Assembly (NCBI GenBank): GCA_040506275.1
Contig: JBEVXD010000006.1
Coordinates: 142,811-206,810 of the forward strand
Length of the DNA stretch: 64,000 nt
Direction of reading: 5' to 3'
From: Candidatus Thiodiazotropha sp. DIVDIV
GTDB taxonomy: Bacteria; Pseudomonadota; Gammaproteobacteria; Chromatiales; Chromatiaceae
This document shows, piece by piece, positions 27,968 through 36,044 of the stretch (position 1 is the stretch's first letter; each line of letters starts with the position of its first letter). A program made the position numbers and the translations under genes. The notes under the pieces were generated by a model that saw only the letters and a list, made by a program, of their open reading frames with translations, did no database searches and was not told the origin of the DNA.

Positions 27968-29791
27968 ATGGGTAGAAAGTTTCCATACAACATGACTATT
28001 GCTTCACTTCGTGAAGCATACACAGCGGGTAAACTGACACCAGAGCAGGTGCTATCCGATATTCGTCAGCTTGCTGCTGAATACGATGATTACAATATCT
28101 GGATTCATCTTCTGAGCGAAACTGAGCAAGCCAGCTATCTACAAAGAGTGCATCAGATGGATCCTGGTGAGTCTCCTCTATGGGGTATTCCGTTTGCGAT
28201 CAAAGACAATATTGATCTGGAAGCTATACCGACCACAGCAGCCTGCGATGAATTTGCCTATACCCCAGAAGAGTCAGCAACTGTTGTCGATCAATTGATA
28301 GCAGCTGGGGCAGTTCCAGTGGGAAAAACAAACCTGGATCAGTTTGCAACTGGCCTGAATGGTACTCGTTCTCCCTGGGGGGCATGTAAGAATGCCTTTG
28401 TTCCAGAGTATATAAGCGGTGGCTCGAGTTCCGGATCAGCAGTTTCTGTTGCCTTGGGCATGGCCAGTTTTAGTCTGGGTACAGACACAGCTGGATCAGG
28501 GCGGGTGCCTGCCTGCTTTAATAATCTGATTGGTCTGAAACCGACAAAAGGCTTGTTATCAACCAACGGTTTAGTCCCCGCCTGCAAAAGTCTGGACTGT
28601 ATTACGATCTTTACCTATGACACTGATGATGCGAATTTAGTGCTCTCTGTTACAGAAGGGCATGATGCAGAAGATGTCTACAGCCGCAGTAATCCCTATC
28701 AGAATCAGATGAGGAATTACGGAGAGAGGGGAGGGTGCATCAAAGTCGGAGTTGTGCCGGACAAACAGTTACATTTCTTTGGTGATTCGGTTTATGAACA
28801 AGCCTATAAATCTACCCTTGAGCATCTTGAAGGAAGTGGGTTTGAGATTGTTGAAATTGACTACGAACCCTTTGATGAAGCAGCAAAGTTACTCTATGAA
28901 GGCCCATGGGTAGCTGAACGGTATATTGCAACCCAGCCCCTCATATATGAGAACCCTGAGGCGATATTCCCTGTTGTTCGGAAGATCATCGCGCCTGGTG
29001 AATCATTAAAAGCAACAGATCTGTTTAAAGCGCAATACCGGCTTAATGGTTTAAAACAAGTCTGTGATAAACAGATCGAACAGGTTGATTGCATGCTAAC
29101 ACCAACCGCAGGCACTTGCTTTACAATCAAGCAAATGCTGACTGAACCCATCCTGCACAACAGCCAGCTTGGCTACTATACCAACTTCATGAATCTGCTG
29201 GATCTATCATCCATTGCTGTACCTACTCAAATATCATCAAACGGATTACCCTTTGGTGTTACATTGGTTGGGCCTGCTTTTGCAGATCGCGCTTTGCTCT
29301 CCATTGCTAACCGGATACACAAGAGTTGCGGTTTGACAGCAGGCGCATCACAGTTTGAGATTGATTCCTCGACTGCACAGGAAGTGGATAGTGTTGAGAG
29401 GATTGATGTTGTGGTCTGCGGTGCTCATCTGGAAGGTCTACCTCTCAATTGGCAATTGACCGAACGTGGTGCAATCCTAAAAGCCAAGACTAAAACAGAA
29501 CCAGTCTACAGGATGTATGCTTTGGCTGGCGCCCTACCAAAGCGTCCTGGCTTGATATTGGATGAGCAAAATGGTTCGGCTATTGAAGTGGAAGTCTGGT
29601 CAATGCCAGCAGATCAATTTGGTAGTTTTGTAAATGGCATACCCGCGCCATTGGGAATTGGTAAGGTTCGTCTGTCTGGTGGGTCAGTGGCAAGTGGATT
29701 TATCTGTGAGGCCTATGGCGTTTTGGGTGCGGAAGAGATTACCTCCTATGGCGGGTGGAAAGCCTACCTGGTTGATATGCGAACTGAGTAA
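27968..29791 (+). CDS. atzF: Allophanate hydrolase (amidase signature family)
   Basis: 607 aa. It has the amidase signature GGSSSGSAVSVALG and the C-terminal extension typical of allophanate hydrolases. It lies directly downstream of the carboxylase. Confidence 0.85.
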   Translation: MGRKFPYNMTIASLREAYTAGKLTPEQVLSDIRQLAAEYDDYNIWIHLLSETEQASYLQRVHQMDPGESPLWGIPFAIKDNIDLEAIPTTAACDEFAYTPEESATVVDQLIAAGAVPVGKTNLDQFATGLNGTRSPWGACKNAFVPEYISGGSSSGSAVSVALGMASFSLGTDTAGSGRVPACFNNLIGLKPTKGLLSTNGLVPACKSLDCITIFTYDTDDANLVLSVTEGHDAEDVYSRSNPYQNQMRNYGERGGCIKVGVVPDKQLHFFGDSVYEQAYKSTLEHLEGSGFEIVEIDYEPFDEAAKLLYEGPWVAERYIATQPLIYENPEAIFPVVRKIIAPGESLKATDLFKAQYRLNGLKQVCDKQIEQVDCMLTPTAGTCFTIKQMLTEPILHNSQLGYYTNFMNLLDLSSIAVPTQISSNGLPFGVTLVGPAFADRALLSIANRIHKSCGLTAGASQFEIDSSTAQEVDSVERIDVVVCGAHLEGLPLNWQLTERGAILKAKTKTEPVYRMYALAGALPKRPGLILDEQNGSAIEVEVWSMPADQFGSFVNGIPAPLGIGKVRLSGGSVASGFICEAYGVLGAEEITSYGGWKAYLVDMRTE

Positions 29792-30095
29792 CCAGTGGAT
29801 TGTAATCAGTAGGGCGTGGGATTGATGCATGGACTTCCTGGTTTGATATTAATCCCTAACTAACTTTCTAACTGAAGGTGAGTGGTAATAACATAGAAAT
29901 CAATTAAACAGCAGTTTTTTCTAACCTGAGATTACTGCTGTTTGATAGTTATCGGTATTTCGGTATTTTTTCGGAAGTTGGAATGTAGAGCATCAACCAA
30001 TATTTTTTTAAGATAACTTTTTTTACAGTAGTAATCGCTCAAGTAAACAGACTGGTATTTATTTTATATATTTTTTCAACATAAACTGATAGCGG

Positions 30096-31013
30096 TCAAA
30101 TATCTGGTTTAGTGTTCAGAATACTTTTCAAGCGCTCTACCCAGGTGATAGGAATACCCTCTTTGTCCAGGGTTGGTGTTTCATCGAGGGCTTTCGTTGG
30201 CATATCGTCGACTAGTTTCACCGTGATTTCATTGTCTCGCTCGATCGGCTTTGCCAAGGTACCTGGTATCTTGTAGTCATCCTTCAAAATTTCGACTGCA
30301 CCTGGTAATTCTGCAATCCAATCGATGAACTGCTTGGATGTTTCAGGGGTGGGGAATATGGCACCATGCTGGGGTACGATTCTCTCAATCTCAAGCCCTC
30401 TTACCATCTCAGCCCAACACCGGTTGGCCTGATTAGATGGCATATATCGGAGGTGGAAACTCTCCATGTAGGGAATATGGGCGTCAAAATCGGTCACTTC
30501 TATATAGTCTAGACCGATAGAAGCACCCAAATCGCCAGAAAAGAGAGTTTTTGAACGAGGATCATAAACTTGAAAATTCCCTGCAGAATGGAGAAAGTGA
30601 GCGGGTAGAATAACCAATTTGGTATCGCCTAGTTGGAGGAGCATACCTTCATCCGGTATGCCTTGAAGGCGAGGTAATAACAGCTCATCAATACCAAAGT
30701 GAGGGATGAACCGTACCCAAAGTTCGGAGATAAGTGCTTTCGCTTCGGTCAAAATCAGCCAGGCGTTTGCTGCGGCGATAATGTCAGGATCCTGATGAGA
30801 AAAGAATAGATATTTTAAATTACTGATAGGTATCAAAGAAGAGACTTCATTGATTACTTCGTAGTGTACCTTGTGTCCACCTGGATCCAGCAAAATAGCT
30901 TCATTTCCATTTTGGATAACGACTTGGTTAGTCGGTACCATCTCACCATGTCCAAAGCCTTCCAACAGGATGAAAGCGTGCCCATCTTTTTCGAAGAGAG
31001 TGGTAGATCCCAT
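30096..31013 (-). CDS. MBL-fold protein resembling the FprA/ODP di-iron domain
   Basis: 305 aa. It has NQVVIQNGNEAILLDPGG, then FFSHQDPDII at the position of the HxExDH metal motif, then LPAHFLHSAGNF...LFSGD...PQHGAIF. Confidence 0.65.
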   Translation of the reverse strand: MGSTTLFEKDGHAFILLEGFGHGEMVPTNQVVIQNGNEAILLDPGGHKVHYEVINEVSSLIPISNLKYLFFSHQDPDIIAAANAWLILTEAKALISELWVRFIPHFGIDELLLPRLQGIPDEGMLLQLGDTKLVILPAHFLHSAGNFQVYDPRSKTLFSGDLGASIGLDYIEVTDFDAHIPYMESFHLRYMPSNQANRCWAEMVRGLEIERIVPQHGAIFPTPETSKQFIDWIAELPGAVEILKDDYKIPGTLAKPIERDNEITVKLVDDMPTKALDETPTLDKEGIPITWVERLKSILNTKPDI

Positions 31014-31027
31014 TTGATCCTCCCTAC

Positions 31028-31396
31028 TCAGTTCGAGACAAGCGCTACAATTTTTTCAACTGCTTTAGGGCCTTCCAGACGAATAAGACCGAGGTTTGCA
31101 CTGCGTGGGGCACGTAAAGCAAGTATGGCAGCTGTCCCTGCCATATAGATAATTAGCGTCTCACTACTGCCTTCAATCAGAATGTCATGCATATCACCAA
31201 GTTCTGCTGTCTTTGTGATTCGGCTGCCTAGCCCTACAGCAGATGCGCCCATAGCAGCGATCCGCGCTGCCTCCTCTTCTGAAAAATCGGTACCAATTGT
31301 GAGGCCATCTACAGATGCAATCATCACTCCTGTTATATCCGGTAGGTTGACTCGTAGCTGTTGAATGACACCCGCAAAATCTTCTTGCTTTCCCAT
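31028..31396 (-). CDS. Roadblock/LC7 (MglB-like) domain protein
   Basis: 122 aa. ITGVMIASVDGLTIGTDFSEEEAARIAAMGASAVGLGSRI...LIEGSSETLIIYMAGTAAILALRA matches the Robl/LC7 alpha-beta-alpha pattern. Confidence 0.75.
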   Translation of the reverse strand: MGKQEDFAGVIQQLRVNLPDITGVMIASVDGLTIGTDFSEEEAARIAAMGASAVGLGSRITKTAELGDMHDILIEGSSETLIIYMAGTAAILALRAPRSANLGLIRLEGPKAVEKIVALVSN

Positions 31397-31611
31397 GTAA
31401 GACTCCCTTCTATTTATGCCATCTTAGATAACCAGTGTAATTATCGTTCGATACTTCCAGTTTCGTATTTTGATCCAAAAGATAAATAATTACTGTGACA
31501 CCCCTAACATCAATGTTTGAATATATTGCATTAAAGTTAATGGGGCAGAAATCTAACATATATTTCATAATCAGTGACAATTTCATTTTAAATTGATAGG
31601 CTGATAGTGGT

Positions 31612-32838
31612 ATGTTGGAAGTGGCTTTCAAGGAGGAGAGACGCAATGCGTTTCATATTATGACCGCTTACAGAATAACAGCAGTAGGTTTCGAAAATAG
31701 AGAAGCTATCTTCTTTCGCACTACCGTAGAGATGGCCTCAAATCACGATCTCGCAGAGTGGTGCTGGGTTGACGATCTGAATGCTGATGTCGTTGTTGTA
31801 AACGCTGACCGTAAGCAGTTTACATCAGAGTTTACCAGCGAAAAATTTGCCCAAGCCAATGTTAAAACCATTCTAATTGCCTGCTCCTCTCGTGGTGAAA
31901 GGAGTGATTCTTTCTCGCATACGCTTCAAAAGCCAATCACCTACTCAATGATTATTTCACTACTACTTGAGCTGGAGCATGCGTTGGCACCAGTAGCATC
32001 AACTACGTCGTCACTTTCACAACCCACTGACACAGTCATAAAGAAACAGATGATCAGTGAGGCTGGTTTGCAACCTGAAACTCATACATCGTCAGCCTCT
32101 CATGATCTGGATCAAATCGATCAGCACAACAATGTAGACTATGATAATGACTTTTATCTCAATGATCTCATTATAGATTCTGAACTCGACAGCCGTGAGT
32201 CAGAAGTTGTGATAACTGAAAATAGCAATGTTCAACAAGTTGATAAAGAGCAGGGTAAAGCAAAAAAGAGATCTAACTGGACAAAAATATTAAAAAAAAT
32301 AAACTTCCCAACGCGGCGATTTAATGAAGAGAAGCGGTTTCTTGGTCTAGTCAGAAATCTGGTCTCACTGGGGCGTTCAACTGAAATAAAACACTATATA
32401 TATCCACCTGTCAGAATTTATCCAGAACAACAGGTATTCGCTCAAAAGTCATGTCATGGACTCTCTCCGGAGCTATTCTCAGCCCAGGTTTCAGGCTTTT
32501 CCAGCCACGAACTTAAGACTGATGAGCAGGAGCCTCCAGACGGTTGGGATACTTGTCCGCTTTGGTTGATTTTCTATCTAGCTGCCCTTTATGGATCAAG
32601 GGGAAGATTGAAGAAGAATCACAATCTACAGGACAGACTGAGCTTGACTTCAATACCTGATTTTGACCTCGTTCCACATGATTTTGGTTACAAGGCAATT
32701 GCTGACTTCATGATGGTTAATGAGTCGCAAGAGATAACTGCAATAGCTGATGGGTCTGGTGTTAACATAGAGACTGTAATTGACTTCTGCAGTGCTTGTG
32801 AAGAGATAGATGTTATTGACCGCACTACATCTAATTAA
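31612..32838 (+). CDS. Hypothetical protein with receiver-like N-terminal domain
   Basis: 408-aa ORF divergent from the Roadblock gene. The N-terminal ~110 aa (RITAVGFENRE...DVVVVNAD...ILIACSS...LQKPITYSMIISLL) has a CheY-like beta-alpha periodicity. The central region is low-complexity and acidic. The start is uncertain (31612 or 31660). Confidence 0.55.
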   Translation: MLEVAFKEERRNAFHIMTAYRITAVGFENREAIFFRTTVEMASNHDLAEWCWVDDLNADVVVVNADRKQFTSEFTSEKFAQANVKTILIACSSRGERSDSFSHTLQKPITYSMIISLLLELEHALAPVASTTSSLSQPTDTVIKKQMISEAGLQPETHTSSASHDLDQIDQHNNVDYDNDFYLNDLIIDSELDSRESEVVITENSNVQQVDKEQGKAKKRSNWTKILKKINFPTRRFNEEKRFLGLVRNLVSLGRSTEIKHYIYPPVRIYPEQQVFAQKSCHGLSPELFSAQVSGFSSHELKTDEQEPPDGWDTCPLWLIFYLAALYGSRGRLKKNHNLQDRLSLTSIPDFDLVPHDFGYKAIADFMMVNESQEITAIADGSGVNIETVIDFCSACEEIDVIDRTTSN

Positions 32839-33034
32839 TCCGATAATAGGCTATCTGATGAATAATAAACCATCCCTGATATCGGAATTTTAACCATTAG
32901 AATATATAGTGTTCAATAAAAGATTGAAAAAAGTGAACTCATATTAAAACTTAAACAAGCTGGATAGGAATCACATAGCTCTATTTGCATGTAATTAAAC
33001 AAGCTCTATTTAAAAAATAACATCAGCAAGTTTT

Positions 33035-33799
33035 ATGCACGGAACGATTGTAAAAAAGATTACCAGTAAAGGTGTGACAGAAGATGATTCATACGGCCAA
33101 ACAATGGATCAATTAATTGAACCCTGTCTTCTCCCTAAATCAAGCCAGCTACTGCCATCATTTCCGGTAAAGGAATGGAGTGATGCTTTTTCACAGTACC
33201 TAGAAAAACGGGTAAGGAGAAATCCCAGAGATCTACATGCTCATGTTCAACGGACCCTGCTCTATCTTTCTAAATACGAATCAGAAGCTATGTACGCAGC
33301 TTTGGTTGATCTTTTTCTGATCTTAGGCAAGCGTGGATCTCATATAAGAAAGAATCTAGTTGGACAAGCCAAACCGTTTTTACTTAAAGAGCAACACCAG
33401 TTCCTGATAAAACATATGGAGAGTGGTCTGGACTCTAATCAACCCCTGCCGAGCAATACATTCTCCAGTTTATCCAGAGGTCATTCGGGTACGATGTATA
33501 TTGTCAGCCGGAAAAGCACTGGTTCCAGCCAATCTTTTGACAGCCCGGTTGAGCAGGCAAAAGAGCGATGTCGTCAGAATGACTGGCTCACTGCCATGGT
33601 CATACTGGAGGATGCTATACGTCATGATCCAGGAGATACAGTTGTCTGCCGAGAACTGCTGTCTCTATACATACAGCAGCACGCGCGAGAGGCTTTTTTC
33701 GCTACCTACGCGGGGCTTTTGGGCAGATCTATTGCGTTGCCTGAATTGTGGCGTGATACGGAGAACTATTTTTACGATTCAACACAGATGATCAACTAA
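33035..33799 (+). CDS. Hypothetical protein (helical, TPR-like C-terminus)
   Basis: 254-aa ORF on the same strand as its neighbours. No recognisable catalytic motif. It has helical-repeat character (AMVILEDAIRHDPGDTVVCRELLSLYIQQ). Confidence 0.5.
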   Translation: MHGTIVKKITSKGVTEDDSYGQTMDQLIEPCLLPKSSQLLPSFPVKEWSDAFSQYLEKRVRRNPRDLHAHVQRTLLYLSKYESEAMYAALVDLFLILGKRGSHIRKNLVGQAKPFLLKEQHQFLIKHMESGLDSNQPLPSNTFSSLSRGHSGTMYIVSRKSTGSSQSFDSPVEQAKERCRQNDWLTAMVILEDAIRHDPGDTVVCRELLSLYIQQHAREAFFATYAGLLGRSIALPELWRDTENYFYDSTQMIN

Positions 33800-33842
33800 T
33801 GCTTATCACTCTCTAGCTGAATTTGGAAGTAATTGTAAAACC

Positions 33843-34475
33843 ATGTCTGAATATCAATTAGTTGAAGATTTCTATTTGTTACCGACGGCCGCAGGTGCTT
33901 TCTATGCTGTTTCAGGTCGTGAGGATGAACCGATCCGGCGTCTCATGTTAGTTTTGTTAAAGCAGGAGAAGAGTCTGCAGGTTAATACTGAAAACATTTG
34001 TCAGTGGCTAGATATCAGTGATGAGCAGGAAGCTCTGGGGATACTCCATCGCACACAGACACTCTCCCTGGTTCAGGGTTTTCGTGAGCCCCAACAAGTT
34101 TCGGCTTCCGGGGTAGGAAAGCAACTAAAAAATATCCTTCCCAACCTATCGTCGATAGGAAAAGGTATTCTGGTCGATTGGAATGGACTTTCAATGGTCC
34201 ATTGTGGTCTTGATGATGCAAGTGCAGATATGCTCTCTGCTCTCAGTGCTGACTTGATAGCAGTACAAACACGCCATGCAGAGCGGTTGGCAGAAAATCT
34301 GGGGCTTGGGGCCCAGGGTTGGGCCGCTGTAGATGCCTATGGTTCTAGTAGAATAGGAGCATGGCCCCTATATGTCGGTAATGATCATTTTATGTTGGTA
34401 TTGCTTGGAGAGCCCAGATTGAACCAGCCGGAGTTTATTTCACTGGTATGGGTTCTAATTAATCGGTATAGCTAA
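33843..34475 (+). CDS. Hypothetical protein with Roadblock/LC7-like C-terminal half
   Basis: 210 aa. GKGILVDWNGLSMVHCGLDDASADMLSALSADLIAV...GAWPLYVGNDHFMLVLLGEP resembles a second Robl/LC7 fold. Confidence 0.55.
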   Translation: MSEYQLVEDFYLLPTAAGAFYAVSGREDEPIRRLMLVLLKQEKSLQVNTENICQWLDISDEQEALGILHRTQTLSLVQGFREPQQVSASGVGKQLKNILPNLSSIGKGILVDWNGLSMVHCGLDDASADMLSALSADLIAVQTRHAERLAENLGLGAQGWAAVDAYGSSRIGAWPLYVGNDHFMLVLLGEPRLNQPEFISLVWVLINRYS

Positions 34476-34680
34476 CCGATACTGTCTAACTTATCTAGAC
34501 TTTTGGAGGGTGATCAGGTAATTCTTTGCGTGAATCATTTTGTAAGTGTATATCCTGATGTTTGAAGTAACCTGAATTCATTAGCGATATTTTGAATGGT
34601 GTCTGATTAACTGCTAAATAAGAAACCAATATATTGATACGTTATTATATGGTGTTGCAATGAGTACCAGTCGTAGTGGC

Positions 34681-34917
34681 CTAGCTCTCAGGTAAAGCTT
34701 TAAACTCTTCTCTCTTGCTTTCAAACCATGCATTCATGGCTTTGGGGTCCTGCATTAATTGCTGCATTTGATTCATTGCTTCAAGGTGAGCCTCATCATT
34801 TTGTTGAAACATCTCCATGCCATGCTGTTTGCTCATTTCAGCAATTTCCTCAAATGTATTTGCGCTGAACGCTTTTTCACAAGCACCTCCCAGCTGCCTA
34901 CAGTTCATCGTTTTCAT
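34681..34917 (-). CDS. DUF1059-family small protein
   Basis: MKTMNCRQLGGACEKAFSANTFEEIAEMSKQHGMEM is the typical DUF1059 N-terminus. The start is set at the ATG at 34917. Confidence 0.7.
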   Translation of the reverse strand: MKTMNCRQLGGACEKAFSANTFEEIAEMSKQHGMEMFQQNDEAHLEAMNQMQQLMQDPKAMNAWFESKREEFKALPES

Positions 34918-34989
34918 CACTCTCTCCGTATCTTTTTTTGGATAGTACAGCAATGACTCTTCTCACCATTATAGGCTCTGTAAATAGAG

Positions 34990-35871
34990 TTAGCTGTTTG
35001 ACACTACTTCACGAATTAGGTTTGCAAACGCCTGGGCAGCTGGCGAAAGTGAAATACCTCGTCGGGCAATTACAGCCAACTCCCGCGCGATCTTCAGGTC
35101 TTCAACATCAATTTCAGCGACATCCTCCAAGCTATCCACACCAAGCTGGCTAACGAAGGCGAGATTGCCGGTGGTGGCTACCATGCGCAGGATCGCGGGG
35201 ATAGAACGCAGCTCCATAACAACATTCATTGCAACGCCTGCATCTCGCAGAGTGGCATCAATAATTTGCCGAACAGCCGTGTCTGCTTCGAAACCGACAA
35301 AGGACATGCCTGCTAAATCACTGGCAGTGACATGGCTTTTACCTACCAGGGTGTGTCGTCGTGGGCCGACCAGGACTATATGGTCAGTCAGTAGCGGCCA
35401 GACAGTAAGATCCCGGTTCTTTACAGGCATCGTTACCAAACCCAGCTCCAATCGACCATTTAGAACATCTTCAGCAACCTCGTTACTGCCCGCTTCTTTT
35501 AGTTGGAATTTAACCGCAGGATGAGGACGTTGAAAGGCGGCTATCGCCTTGGGCAGAAGAAAGGAGACTGCCGTTGCGCCACCTCCAATTCGTACTGTGC
35601 CACCTTCAAGTCCCTGGTGTGCACGCACCTGTTCTCGCATATGGTCATAGCGGGCAATCAAAATGCGGGCCTCACTCTCCACCAAACGCCCGATTTCAGT
35701 CAACTGGGCACCCTTTCTGCCACGTGAAAAAAGCTCCGCACCCAGGTGATCTTCCAGTTGCTGGAGTCGGCGGGAGAGGGCGGGCTGGGTGAGGCCTATG
35801 TGGTCGGCAGCTTCGGTTATCGTGCCTGTATCAGCCACTGCAATCAATGAGCGGAGTAGTTGTAGGTCCAT
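34990..35871 (-). CDS. LysR-family transcriptional regulator
   Basis: The HTH region is MDLQLLRSLIAVADTGTITEAADHIGLTQPALSRRLQQLE, followed by a LysR substrate-binding domain. It is divergent from acnB. Confidence 0.85.
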   Translation of the reverse strand: MDLQLLRSLIAVADTGTITEAADHIGLTQPALSRRLQQLEDHLGAELFSRGRKGAQLTEIGRLVESEARILIARYDHMREQVRAHQGLEGGTVRIGGGATAVSFLLPKAIAAFQRPHPAVKFQLKEAGSNEVAEDVLNGRLELGLVTMPVKNRDLTVWPLLTDHIVLVGPRRHTLVGKSHVTASDLAGMSFVGFEADTAVRQIIDATLRDAGVAMNVVMELRSIPAILRMVATTGNLAFVSQLGVDSLEDVAEIDVEDLKIARELAVIARRGISLSPAAQAFANLIREVVSNS

Positions 35872-36044
35872 AGTGATAATAATATTAACATGCAAATAAA
35901 TTATATAATACATGCGAACAATCAATTATACGTATGTAAGGTGGTCTGCTATCTTGCTGGAAACAATCGGTCCTGAGACCTATAAGCCCAAAATAGAAGA
36001 GCGGATATAGTTACCCGCTTGCCATCGAACACAGGAGAGTCAGT

